From an uncultured Gemmatimonadales bacterium (lineage in GTDB: Bacteria; Gemmatimonadota; Gemmatimonadetes; Gemmatimonadales; GWC2-71-9): 64,000 bases of DNA. Position 1 is the first letter of the stretch, and each line of letters begins with the position of its first letter. Location of the stretch: contig CAVOGR010000007.1 of the NCBI GenBank assembly GCA_963695555.1, positions 192,001 to 256,000 on the forward strand. The letters run 5' to 3'. Under the pieces are notes generated by a model that was given only the letters and a program-made list of their open reading frames with translations, was not told where the DNA came from and ran no database searches. A program made the translations under genes and the position numbers. Positions 1 through 10,153 of this stretch are shown one piece after another.

Positions 1-112
1 TGCCGCCAAGGAACACGGGAGTGGTGCCGGTACGGCCCACGACTATCTTCCGCACTGCGGCCGATTCGGAGTTCGATCGCGCCGGCATCCGTACATGTCA
101 GGAGGAGTGGCA

Positions 113-898
113 ATGGTACAGCGCACAACACTGGTGAGCGCCGGGTTTGTGTTCAGTCTTCTCGCAATCCCTGGTGTCGCGTCGAGCCAGGCTCCGCCCA
201 CCCAGGTCATGGTCCGTGTCACCTCCCACGATGCGAAGATCATCGGGTCGGGCGTCGGCGGGGCGACGGTGACGATTCGCGACGCCGTGACCGGACAGGT
301 TCTCGCCCTCGGCAAACAGGAGGGCTCGACCGGTGACACCCGCCGCATCATGACCGAGCCGCACGTGCGGGGCGGCACCGTCTACGATACCGAGGGCGCT
401 GCGGGGTTCCTCGCCACCCTCGAACTCGACGAGCCGACCCTGGTGGAGATCAGCGCGGAAGGCCCCCTCGGCACTCCGCATGCCAGTCAGCGGGCCTCGA
501 AGACGATGCTCCTCGTACCCGGCAAGGACGTGTTGGGCGAAGGCGTCATCCTGGAACTCATGGGCTTTACGGTGGTCCTGGAGGCGCCGAGCGACACAGG
601 ATCGGTGAAGGCGGGCCAGACATTCGAGGTGCGCGCGAGCGTAACGATGCTGTGCGGCTGCCCCACCGAGCCTGGCGGACTGTGGGACGCGGACGATATC
701 GAGATCGTGGCGGTCATCAAGCGTGCGACGCACGTCTTGACGACGGTGCCGCTCGCGTACGCGGGGAAGCGGAATACCTACCGTGCAACGGTCGTGGTGG
801 ACCAGCCGGGGCCACTACTGATTCAGGTGTTGGCGATGGATCCGGGCACGGCCAATTTCGGCATGGCCACAGGCACCCTCGACGTGCTGCCGCGTTGA
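113..898 (+). CDS. Secreted hypothetical protein
   Basis: ORF 95..898; likely start MVQRTT at 113 after GGAGGAG; N-terminal signal peptide; CGCP motif. Confidence 0.6.
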   Translation: MVQRTTLVSAGFVFSLLAIPGVASSQAPPTQVMVRVTSHDAKIIGSGVGGATVTIRDAVTGQVLALGKQEGSTGDTRRIMTEPHVRGGTVYDTEGAAGFLATLELDEPTLVEISAEGPLGTPHASQRASKTMLLVPGKDVLGEGVILELMGFTVVLEAPSDTGSVKAGQTFEVRASVTMLCGCPTEPGGLWDADDIEIVAVIKRATHVLTTVPLAYAGKRNTYRATVVVDQPGPLLIQVLAMDPGTANFGMATGTLDVLPR

Positions 899-3709
899 TC
901 ACCGGCCACTAGACGCCAGATCGCTTTCGAGCACGATCTCGACGGTAACGATGCGATGCGGCGCGAGCGTCACCCGGAGCACCCTGCCCTCCGCAACGAG
1001 TTCCTCCTGGCGCGCCTCGAGGACATCTACCATCCACGCTCCCACGATGTTCTGTCCAAGCGTGAGCATTTCCTCGACAGGGTCTGCCGTGAGATTGTAG
1101 AGCCGGACGACCAACGAGTCGCGGTCCGCATGCTGTTTCACGGCACTGATGGCCGTCGACGCGGATGCTTTCCGCAGGAAGCTCGCACCGCCCGCGACGG
1201 CGTTGTCGGCAACGCCCTGCACCACGAGCACCGGGGTGCGCCAGCCGGCGGCCATGCCTTTGATATCCGCCGAGATGCAGTCACCGGCAAAGGGCACCAC
1301 TGCGTAGCGGAAACGGTGTCGACCCAGACACTGCGCATCCGGCGTCGCGAGCGTGGGGCCGGCGTTCGCAAAGTTTCGCGTAGGGAAGTCGTCCCTCGAA
1401 AGCCACCCGACAGCCCGAAGCAGTGTCAATGACAGGACGACCCCCGAAGCCGGTGGCGTTGCCTCAGCTGCCTGAATCTCCGGGAGGCCTCGGTTGAGCA
1501 CCGCCAAGCCGCGTCCTTGCCCCTCCACCAACGAGAAGTCCTGCTGAGGGTAGGTGCCCGGTGGCGGCTGGGCCCAACCGGCTCCGTCGGGCTGCTCAAC
1601 CGGGCGTCGGTTCAGATAGAAGTGGCCGTCCGAGACAACCGTGTCGCTTTCGATTCCGGTGGGAAAGGCGACTCGAAGCCGGTGGTCTTCGGCTCGATTC
1701 TCAATGGTCGTCTCGATGTCGACGAGCGGACTGCCGCGTGTCAGCCGCACGCGAGTGGTGGCCGTACAGGCGACGCGTTCCTCGCTTCTCCGGCGGCGAT
1801 CTTTCTGGATGCGCGCCGGCAGCATCCATTCGAAACGGGTCTCGACGGCCCCAGCGAGGCCGGTGGCCTCTACGATCGTCGTCTGCCCGCTCAGGCTTTC
1901 CGCGGTGACCGTTTCCGACTGCTCGGATGGCGAATAATCGTACTCGTCGCCGATATCCTCGGTGTCCTCTAGGAGGTTGAGCCCGCTGTAGCGATGCCCG
2001 GTGACCTTGTCGACCAGATCGAACGTCCCGTTCGGATAGAGGCGGAGCGCGCAGAATTCGTTTTCGATCGTCTCGTTGGTGACGGTCACGCCACCCGCGA
2101 GCGGCGCGGGTCTATCCGCGCTCGTGGTCTCCCGCAAGGCGAAGGTGGCGTGCCCCAGGGCCGGAAGATCCTCTGCCAGGAACTGGATCGTCAGGAAGCA
2201 ATCGGTGGCGGGGGTTTGCTGTGGCTCCGTCCGCATACGGTCGGGAAACCGGTCACGATAGACCCGGAATTGCTCCCGCTGGTCACCGTACCAGAGCTGG
2301 GTGCGATAGTCGATGCCCCAAAACCGTTCCATGAAATGTGTTTCGACCACCACGAACGGAACCCGTCGTCCGGCTTCATCGAACAGGCCGAGCCGGTCGA
2401 GGTCGTAGCCCAGCGGCTGCAACACGACGAGCCGGTCGACGACCTCCGTCCGGTCCGCTGGCAGTGGATTGGCCGCGCAAAGGACCGTATCCCGATCCGC
2501 TGCGGCATGGCGCCCGAACGAGGGGGCCAACCGTGTCAACTGGGTTCTGAGCTCCTGCTCCGCAGTCTGTATGACGCCGTCGAACCGCGGGCCCATGTCA
2601 CGATGGACTTCGTCGGTGCTGCAGCCACAAATGGAATCGTGCGGGTGGTTCTCGAGCAGGAGCTTCCAGGCGTACCCGGCCAGCCCCGCGGGATATGGCA
2701 GGCCATGGACGAAGTGCGAATAGGACGACCACGGCTCCAGGTATTGGGTCAGCATGGCCTGGGCGGCGTCGTTCTGCTGCTTCAAGTACATCCGGGCGGA
2801 CCAGACTCCGGACAGGATGAAGTGGAGCCTGCCCTGAACCAGCTCGCCCGTGTACCGGTGGGTTACGAAACCAGCGGACCGGACGGCCGCGAGGTAATCG
2901 GCCAAGCTCGCATGCCGGAACGCCGTACCCGGAAAGGCCTGGCGCAACGCGTCGAGTATCGGCCCGAGCTTCCGCTGCGGCGGATAGTGATCGCAGCCGT
3001 TGCTCACGAGGTAGATATCACCCGCGGAACGCACGGCGAGCGCGTCGAACAACTTCCGGACTTGGTGCACCGCCAGGGCCGGATCCACCTCGCGCTCTGT
3101 GTGGGCGTGCCATCCCTCTTCGAGGCCGAGTGCTCCGGCATTGCAGTAGCCGCCACACTGGTTGATGGCCAGCACCTCGCTTCCGTCCGGCGCTTCCCAC
3201 CAATACTCGTGTCCCAGGTCGTCGATCTCCGCCCCGTTGCCCCGCGTGTAAATGAAGGAATCGATACCAGCCTGCCTCAGGATCTGGGGCATCTGCGCGA
3301 TATGGCCGAAGGAGTCCGGCATATAGCCGACCTTCTGCACCGGCCCGACCCTCCCGCCGGCAGCGTGGCCCAACATGAGATTCCGGACCGTCGCTTCAGC
3401 GCTCACCAAGAACTCGTCGGGCAGGATGTACCACGGACCGATGGAGAGGGATCCCCGGCGCACGAGAGCCGCAATTCGCGACTCGTCCTCTGGGCGAACT
3501 TGGAGATAGTCATCGAGAATGATCGATTGCCCGTCCAGCAGGAAATGCTCGAAGGCATCGTCACCTTCCAGCCGCTCCAGCACCTCCTGGACGACGTTCA
3601 CCAGCATGCCGCGGAATCGGTGAAAGGTCAGGTACCACTCGCGGTCCCAATGGGTGTGGGACACCACGTAGGCGGCCTTCGGGGCGGGACTCACGGGTTC
3701 CTCACGCAT
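899..3709 (-). CDS. GH38 alpha-mannosidase (mannosylglycerate hydrolase-like)
   Basis: HTHWDREWY, LDGQ, GPWYILPDEFLVS, PDSFGH, HDSICGCS motifs; start MREE overlaps the GH130 stop. Confidence 0.9.
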   Translation of the reverse strand: MREEPVSPAPKAAYVVSHTHWDREWYLTFHRFRGMLVNVVQEVLERLEGDDAFEHFLLDGQSIILDDYLQVRPEDESRIAALVRRGSLSIGPWYILPDEFLVSAEATVRNLMLGHAAGGRVGPVQKVGYMPDSFGHIAQMPQILRQAGIDSFIYTRGNGAEIDDLGHEYWWEAPDGSEVLAINQCGGYCNAGALGLEEGWHAHTEREVDPALAVHQVRKLFDALAVRSAGDIYLVSNGCDHYPPQRKLGPILDALRQAFPGTAFRHASLADYLAAVRSAGFVTHRYTGELVQGRLHFILSGVWSARMYLKQQNDAAQAMLTQYLEPWSSYSHFVHGLPYPAGLAGYAWKLLLENHPHDSICGCSTDEVHRDMGPRFDGVIQTAEQELRTQLTRLAPSFGRHAAADRDTVLCAANPLPADRTEVVDRLVVLQPLGYDLDRLGLFDEAGRRVPFVVVETHFMERFWGIDYRTQLWYGDQREQFRVYRDRFPDRMRTEPQQTPATDCFLTIQFLAEDLPALGHATFALRETTSADRPAPLAGGVTVTNETIENEFCALRLYPNGTFDLVDKVTGHRYSGLNLLEDTEDIGDEYDYSPSEQSETVTAESLSGQTTIVEATGLAGAVETRFEWMLPARIQKDRRRRSEERVACTATTRVRLTRGSPLVDIETTIENRAEDHRLRVAFPTGIESDTVVSDGHFYLNRRPVEQPDGAGWAQPPPGTYPQQDFSLVEGQGRGLAVLNRGLPEIQAAEATPPASGVVLSLTLLRAVGWLSRDDFPTRNFANAGPTLATPDAQCLGRHRFRYAVVPFAGDCISADIKGMAAGWRTPVLVVQGVADNAVAGGASFLRKASASTAISAVKQHADRDSLVVRLYNLTADPVEEMLTLGQNIVGAWMVDVLEARQEELVAEGRVLRVTLAPHRIVTVEIVLESDLASSGR

Positions 3710-4667
3710 GGCAGGACGCGAGCAGGTCGCGAATGGTCGTGGTGGCAAGCCCGACACAGGTATCGGCCGCGCCATAGTACACCAACACCCGACTGTCAGG
3801 CTCGGCGAAGCCTGCCTCGTCGTATCGCTCGACGATCATGCCGCTGGGGAAGACGACGTTGGGCACCTGCCCCACCAGCTCATAGAGCTCCCGCGGCTCC
3901 AGGATGTTGTTCCGGCTCCGCGCAAGCACCCGCGACGGATCGACGAGATCCAAGAGAGCGACGCCGGCCTGGTAGATGTTACAGCTTCCGAAATGCGTGG
4001 CGATCCCGTGGTAGAGATGGAGCCAGCCCTGTTTGGTCTTGACCGGCGGAGGACCCGATCCGATGCGCTCGTCCCAGTAATGCGGGCGCCCTCGCATCAC
4101 GCCACGGACCACGGTCCAGTCCACCAAGTCGGTCGACTCGGACAGCCGGATCTCGTCTCCCGACGTCGGCCCGCCCGGGAGGGACACCAAGTTGGGACGG
4201 TCTAGTCGTACATACTTACCACCGATGCGCTCCGGAAACAGCACGCCGTTTCGAATGTCCGGCTCGGCGCCGAAGCCCAGGAATTCGAACCGCTCGAACG
4301 TCTCCGTGCGCGCCACGCCGAGCCGGCATCCGTCGTCGGTGTCGGCCGCGAACATCACGACGTAGGCGCCGTCGATTTCTGTGAGCCGGGGATCATAGAC
4401 GTGATGGATGGTTTCGGGGACCCGCTCGAGGCCCTCGAAACGAACGAGCGCCGGTGCCACGTCGAACTCCACCCCGTCATGGCTATCCGCGAGGAGCAGG
4501 AAGGTCTTCCGTCCACGGCTCTGGACCCGCAGCATGAGCCGATAGCGACCACGGTAGCGAACCGCCCCCGGATTGAACACCGACGTAACATCGTGGAGGG
4601 CCGGCTCGACCTCGGGGATGTCTCGCCGCGTGAGGATCGGGTTCTTCGGGCTCCGGGTCAACACCAC
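3702..4667 (-). CDS. GH130 family glycosidase/mannoside phosphorylase
   Basis: NPIL, VFNPGA, YDPRL, RNGVLFPE, GSGPPP, VPNVVFP, YYGAADT motifs; GTG start inferred just after the SSS stop. Confidence 0.9.
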   Translation of the reverse strand: MVLTRSPKNPILTRRDIPEVEPALHDVTSVFNPGAVRYRGRYRLMLRVQSRGRKTFLLLADSHDGVEFDVAPALVRFEGLERVPETIHHVYDPRLTEIDGAYVVMFAADTDDGCRLGVARTETFERFEFLGFGAEPDIRNGVLFPERIGGKYVRLDRPNLVSLPGGPTSGDEIRLSESTDLVDWTVVRGVMRGRPHYWDERIGSGPPPVKTKQGWLHLYHGIATHFGSCNIYQAGVALLDLVDPSRVLARSRNNILEPRELYELVGQVPNVVFPSGMIVERYDEAGFAEPDSRVLVYYGAADTCVGLATTTIRDLLASCHA

Positions 4668-4669
4668 GA

Positions 4670-6592
4670 CTATTCTCCCGCCTCGACGTAACCGTCGTCC
4701 TTCACGTCGCGTTGCGTGATGCGCAGCTGCGTCAACATGGCCCGCAAGTCCGCGATTCCCCCAATGGCAAACCACACCAGGACGATAATCGAGAGGACCA
4801 CCTGGACGTAGAGATAGAGTCGCCAAAACTCCGCCCATCGCATGTTGTCCACGTGGTGGGTCAGGCTGTACACCGTGCCGGCAATGAATACAGCCACCCA
4901 GAAGAAAGTGTGGGCGTAGGTCACGATGTACAGGATCTTGTCCCGTATCGTGAATTCCTTCCCCATGCCCAGGACCTTCCAGCCGCGGGTCGGCACCTCG
5001 GTCACGACTTGGGTCTCCGACGTTGCATGGGCACCTCGATGCAGCAAGCGGTCCAGATCAAAGGCCTCTCTTCCAAGGAGCGAGACGACGATGTACACCA
5101 CGACCGACACCCCGATGGCAATGGCCGCGAAGACCTGCCCGTTGATGAAGAAGTCCTCGATGATGCGATGGATGATGATGCCGCCTACCGAGATCCCCGA
5201 GCCCACGATCATGGCGGCCCATGCCGCGGCCGTCGTCCCGCGTTTCCAGTAGAGCCCGCCGATGATGACGGAGCCCGCCCCACCGAAGAAGATTGCGCCG
5301 GTGATCGCGAAGAACAGGAAGATGTACTCGCTCTGCTGGAACAAGAGACTGAAGCAGAAGATGAAGCATGCGACACCCAGGATGCTCCAGCGGAGCGCGC
5401 GGAAATGCTGTTCCGGGGTAAACGGGGTCGTTCGGAACGGCATGATGACGTCCTGAATGAAGATGCTCCCCCACGAATGTAGGTAGGTATCGTGCGTACT
5501 GATGAACGCCGCCAGCATGACCGCGGCGAAGGCCCCGAGCAAGCCGACGGGGAGCATGACCTTCAGCACGAGGGGCACGCGCATCTGGTTCTGGAGCGCT
5601 TCCGTCCCCACCGAACTCAACATCGCATTGACCTGCCCCGCCTGCACGGCAAAATCCGGATGATGCATGACGGTATAGGCGATGATCGGGACGAAGAGGA
5701 TCAGGAGATTCTGCGGGTAGTTCCGCCAATTGGTCAGCACGCTGCCCATCTTGGCCTCGTGGGCGCTCTTGGCGGACGCGTTATAGGCCTGGGTTCCCTG
5801 CCACGACATGGTCCCGTACACGTAGATCAGCACACCGATCAGGAAGTACCAGAAGTTGAAGTCTTCCACGTAGCCCGTTTCGAACGGATTGATCAGCGAC
5901 TTGTTTTCCGGCGCCATCGCCAGGGCTTCGACGACCTGCCCCCAATTGACAACGAACATGAGGTAGAGGGGCACGGCAATGAACACCACGTTCATGAACA
6001 GGCCCTGGATGAAGTCCGCGATGATCACCGCGACCTGCCCGCCCCAGAAGACGAAGAAGAGCGCAATGCTCAACAGGACGAGCATCGTGAGCGGGAAGGT
6101 CGAGACGGCGACGCCGAAGATAGTGACGGCCGGCGGCAACCCGGTAAAGGAAATGAAGAATCGGGCCCCGACCGCGGGGAAGATGCCAAAGTTGACCACA
6201 CCGGACGTGAAGGCGATAAGCCCGGCGAAAATCCGAAATCGGCGGCTATAGCGTCGTTCGAAGAATTCGGCCAACGTGAGCGCGCGCGTCTGGCGGTAGC
6301 GATAGATGACCCATCCCGACACCGTCACGATCAGCACCACGACGCTCATAGTGAAGCCCCACCACGTCATGGCAAAGCCGGCCACGTAGTTCATCTCCAG
6401 CAAGCCCACCACGGTGATCGCGCCGAGGGCGGCCGCACCCTGTGAGAGGCTCAGGAGGTAACGACCGGCCGTGCGGCCGGCGGCCAGAAAGTCGGCCACG
6501 CTCCGCATGTAGCTGCGGCTGAGGACCACGCCCACGACCATGACCGCGAGGACCGACAGTACGATGGCCCAATCGAGGGCGGTAAACGTCAT
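4670..6592 (-). CDS. Sodium:solute symporter family transporter
   Basis: DFLAAGR, EFFERRYS, GGLYWKR motifs; many hydrophobic helices. Confidence 0.9.
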   Translation of the reverse strand: MTFTALDWAIVLSVLAVMVVGVVLSRSYMRSVADFLAAGRTAGRYLLSLSQGAAALGAITVVGLLEMNYVAGFAMTWWGFTMSVVVLIVTVSGWVIYRYRQTRALTLAEFFERRYSRRFRIFAGLIAFTSGVVNFGIFPAVGARFFISFTGLPPAVTIFGVAVSTFPLTMLVLLSIALFFVFWGGQVAVIIADFIQGLFMNVVFIAVPLYLMFVVNWGQVVEALAMAPENKSLINPFETGYVEDFNFWYFLIGVLIYVYGTMSWQGTQAYNASAKSAHEAKMGSVLTNWRNYPQNLLILFVPIIAYTVMHHPDFAVQAGQVNAMLSSVGTEALQNQMRVPLVLKVMLPVGLLGAFAAVMLAAFISTHDTYLHSWGSIFIQDVIMPFRTTPFTPEQHFRALRWSILGVACFIFCFSLLFQQSEYIFLFFAITGAIFFGGAGSVIIGGLYWKRGTTAAAWAAMIVGSGISVGGIIIHRIIEDFFINGQVFAAIAIGVSVVVYIVVSLLGREAFDLDRLLHRGAHATSETQVVTEVPTRGWKVLGMGKEFTIRDKILYIVTYAHTFFWVAVFIAGTVYSLTHHVDNMRWAEFWRLYLYVQVVLSIIVLVWFAIGGIADLRAMLTQLRITQRDVKDDGYVEAGE

Positions 6593-6614
6593 GGGGTGGA
6601 GCCAGGCCGTGGAA

Positions 6615-7742
6615 TCACCAGACGCGTCCGTCTTGTGCGATGTGCAGAGCCCCGCCGAGTCGATCGCGCAGGCTCGCCTCGAAGAGATGGGCGGTTGCCT
6701 CGAGCACTACCGTTCCCTCGAACCCCTCGAGCACCGGGGTCTCGAGTCCCAACGCCTGGAGATCATCGGTAAAGCGTCCATGTCGAGCGTGCCAGCGACG
6801 TTCGGCGTAGTACACCTGCCGGAGGAACCAGCGGGCACGATCTTCGGGGCGGTCGACAAACGCATCACCGCCATCCCCGACATCGGCCGCGGAGAACTGC
6901 ACCAGCCCCCACATTTCGGGATAGTGCATGTTGATCAGGCCCTGCGGCGACCACACCCAATTGTCCTCCGGGCGCGTGCGGCCTGGCATCGTATCGATGC
7001 GCACCACGTATCCATCGCTCACGGTGTCGGCGCGCCATTCGACGCGCGAAAAATTCACTCGCCATTGGTCGCCCGGCTCGGGGGGCGACGGTCGATGGGC
7101 CGCCTCCGCCAGGGCCGGCCACGGCAGCGCGATCTCAACCGTCCAGCCGCGATCGATATCGGAAGGCTGGTTGAGTGTCCCATCCACATGGACTGCGGCC
7201 TGGAGATTTCGGATGTACCACCCATTGATGGCGGGGCCCCCATCGCGGTAGGGCTTGACCAGAAACAAATCCCACAGCGTGCCGAGCGCATTGATCTCGA
7301 GTTCGTAATAGTGATGGGTATCACCGTCGGGATCGATGAACACCTCGAAGTCGTTGTCCCGGTAGATCACCGCATCCCGCTCAACCAAGGTGGCCCATAC
7401 CTGCGGCTCCTCCAGGAACGCCCCGATGTAGAGGGTGGCGTCGTCCCAGAGCAGTTTGGCTCGCGTTCGGAAGCGCGGCACCGGCCCAAGCGGCCCTTCG
7501 ATGTCCACGAAGTCGGCGGTCCACGCGGCGGCTTCCCAGGCCGGCTCATCCAGCCGGCCGTCGATCTGGAGCGGGGCCGGCGTCCGGTATGCGACGTAGC
7601 GCTCCGGGTTCCAGTCGATCGCGGGAACCGGGAGGTCATCTCCAGGAGGATTCCCGGCCCGAGTCTCCGCTCGGTCGTTGCACGCGACCACGCATGCCGC
7701 CGCGGCGAGGAGCCAGGCCATGCGCATGACCCGAGTCGTCAC
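6615..7742 (-). CDS. CBM9-like carbohydrate-binding lipoprotein
   Basis: IDGRLDEPAW, DFEVFIDP, YYELEINALG, WTVEIALPW, WRVNFSR; lipobox-like VVAC; start approximate. Confidence 0.8.
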   Translation of the reverse strand: MTTRVMRMAWLLAAAACVVACNDRAETRAGNPPGDDLPVPAIDWNPERYVAYRTPAPLQIDGRLDEPAWEAAAWTADFVDIEGPLGPVPRFRTRAKLLWDDATLYIGAFLEEPQVWATLVERDAVIYRDNDFEVFIDPDGDTHHYYELEINALGTLWDLFLVKPYRDGGPAINGWYIRNLQAAVHVDGTLNQPSDIDRGWTVEIALPWPALAEAAHRPSPPEPGDQWRVNFSRVEWRADTVSDGYVVRIDTMPGRTRPEDNWVWSPQGLINMHYPEMWGLVQFSAADVGDGGDAFVDRPEDRARWFLRQVYYAERRWHARHGRFTDDLQALGLETPVLEGFEGTVVLEATAHLFEASLRDRLGGALHIAQDGRVW

Positions 7743-10126
7743 GGCTCCCCAGCTCCGACACGAACCACGACCGGCGCCGTGTTCATCATCCGACAGGCTT
7801 CGAGTGCCCGCGGAGCGTCTGCCAGCTCGGGCCCCCACGAAACGGCGTACCGGAATTCATAGAATCCTCCAAGGCTCGCCGCGAAGTTGGTCTCCCAGTA
7901 ATTGGTCATGACCCACGCGTACATCTCCGGTTGAAGGTCCTCCAGCTCGGGCGCGCCAGCCAAGTGCCTCGGCCCGGGCTCGAGCGCGCCCAGCTGAATC
8001 AGATTGGTGTCGGGCGTTGCAATGGCAATACCGCCCTTCGCCGACGTGAGCGCGACCCCCGCCTGGATGCTGTAGAAGTCGGTCAGGGTACCGGGCACCT
8101 GATCCACCCAAGGCCGGAATGTTGCCCCCGCCTTGTCGATCCACAGCTCGGAGGGGCCGTCGACGCCGAATGGCAGGGCCACATAGAGATTCTCCGGCTC
8201 CCACACGCTCTCTTTGTGGAGGCGAATCGTCACATCTACACGCGGCGCGTCCATCGATGCCCGAAGCAGCACATCGTACAGGGTCATTCCGTCGACCGCA
8301 TAGCGCAACTCCGCCACGGCGAACACGTTCCCGCAGGAGAGCAGCCGACCGTGCACCAGGTGGCCGACGCTGCGCCGGACGTTGGAGCCCTTCCGGTTCA
8401 GCTGCATGGCGCCGCGAACCGCACACATCTCACTCCGGTCGGCCACCGGGGTCACCTCGTACACGGGAGCAAACGGCGTGTGATGTCGGCCGGGACGGAG
8501 CAGGCTCCGGTCGGCGCGGCGATCGTGCCATGCGGTGATGCCGTCCGGCCCCCACGCGATCCGGACGAAGGGCGTCTCGAGCATCGGAGCGTCGTGCGAT
8601 CCGGACTCGTCGGACATGACCGGGTCGGTTGCCGTGGCGGGGCGAAGCTCGAGCACGCACTCGGACCTGGGGGCGAGCACGAGGTGCGCGCAGAAGTCAC
8701 AACCGCCCGGGACGAAGTCCCGCTCCACCGCGATCTCACGGTTCGCGGCGGTGTCCCACACGATCGTCGGCCGGTCGAGTCCCAATTCCCGATACTCGAA
8801 GTGGCCCACATGGAGCCGCGCAACGCCAGTCAGGGGCGTCGTTGAGGCATTGAGGACACGGTAGCGGAGCGGCCGGCCGACGGCGAGGTCGGCTCCACCC
8901 AGGGTCGTCAGGGCGCGATCGGTCAGCCGCTCAACCGCCTCGAGGGCCTCGCTGGCATAGGCATTCTTCCGCCCCGCGATCGCGTGCACCGAGGGATGCC
9001 ACGGCTCGGACATCGCGACGGCATGGCTGAACGTGTGCTCGGCGTAGCGGGCAAGGTCGTACTCGACGTGGTCGGTGGCTTCCCGGATCAGTCGCGGAAA
9101 GCAGTCGAGCAGCTGGTGATAGGCGCGGAGATTCCGTTGTGCTTGGCGAAAGAGCTTGGTCGCCGCCGGGGTGCCGGCACAGCCGTCAGACCACCAATCG
9201 GGCCAATCGCCACGATACGTTGGGATGTCGACATCCTCGCTCCGCAGGCGCCGGAAGAATTCACTCAGGGTGGTCATCTCGACCCGGCAGACATCGCTGT
9301 GGTGTCGATTCCACCGCGCGCAGAACTCGGCGATAGCAGGATTTGGCGGGGCGTTGTCGGTTCGCAAACCGGAGACCATCACCGGCACGAACGGATAGGG
9401 GTATCCGGCGCGCGCGAGCCGGTCGAGGTACCTGGGGATGCGCAGCTCCGCGACGCTCCAGTGATCGCCGAATATCATTTCGGCGTCGCATTCGTCCTTG
9501 GTGAGGTAGCTCGATACCGCCCCTGGGACGACACCGAGTTCATTGCCGAAGTGGTAGTGTTCCCCGCTCCATACCAGGATGCGCTGCCCGGACGGTGTTT
9601 CCCACCAAAATGGGACCTGGGTACGGCCGAGCGGGAACATGCCGTGATGGGTGTGAATGCAGGTGAAGAGGTGCTCGATTCCTGCGTCGCAGAGCGCCTG
9701 AGAGAATCCCCAGCTGTAGCCGTTGATGTCCGCCGTCATTGCGGAGTCGATCGGATAGCCGATGGACTTCCCAAAACTAGCCGCGCGCTTGGTCAGTGCC
9801 GTCAGGAGGTCATAGTCGGGCAGCTCGTTCAGGTTGAGATAGCTGCCCGACAACCCGAGGTGCCCTGAACCGACGGCGCCCACGAACGCGGCCCGATGGC
9901 CGGCGGATGCAGCCTCCCAGAACCGTTCCACCGCCCAGAACGTCTCACACTGCCACTTCCAGCCGCCGGGTGCCCGACCGCCAGAGCGTGCGATGATGTC
10001 CAGCGCTTGGTGAATGAACCCCACATGCCACCGCTCCACCCGGCTCTGTGTTTCAGTGTAGCCGAGATCGGTGTGGCTGTGATGGATGAGGAAGAGAGTC
10101 CTGGGACTAGGTTCGGCGGCCGTCAC
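7739..10126 (-). CDS. GH38-like glycoside hydrolase
   Basis: HHSHTDLGYT, MTADINGYSW, GDWPDWW, EHTF, NYWETNF motifs. Confidence 0.8.
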   Translation of the reverse strand: MTAAEPSPRTLFLIHHSHTDLGYTETQSRVERWHVGFIHQALDIIARSGGRAPGGWKWQCETFWAVERFWEAASAGHRAAFVGAVGSGHLGLSGSYLNLNELPDYDLLTALTKRAASFGKSIGYPIDSAMTADINGYSWGFSQALCDAGIEHLFTCIHTHHGMFPLGRTQVPFWWETPSGQRILVWSGEHYHFGNELGVVPGAVSSYLTKDECDAEMIFGDHWSVAELRIPRYLDRLARAGYPYPFVPVMVSGLRTDNAPPNPAIAEFCARWNRHHSDVCRVEMTTLSEFFRRLRSEDVDIPTYRGDWPDWWSDGCAGTPAATKLFRQAQRNLRAYHQLLDCFPRLIREATDHVEYDLARYAEHTFSHAVAMSEPWHPSVHAIAGRKNAYASEALEAVERLTDRALTTLGGADLAVGRPLRYRVLNASTTPLTGVARLHVGHFEYRELGLDRPTIVWDTAANREIAVERDFVPGGCDFCAHLVLAPRSECVLELRPATATDPVMSDESGSHDAPMLETPFVRIAWGPDGITAWHDRRADRSLLRPGRHHTPFAPVYEVTPVADRSEMCAVRGAMQLNRKGSNVRRSVGHLVHGRLLSCGNVFAVAELRYAVDGMTLYDVLLRASMDAPRVDVTIRLHKESVWEPENLYVALPFGVDGPSELWIDKAGATFRPWVDQVPGTLTDFYSIQAGVALTSAKGGIAIATPDTNLIQLGALEPGPRHLAGAPELEDLQPEMYAWVMTNYWETNFAASLGGFYEFRYAVSWGPELADAPRALEACRMMNTAPVVVRVGAGEP

Positions 10127-10153
10127 CGGTAGCCCGGGGGAACGGCTCGCCGT

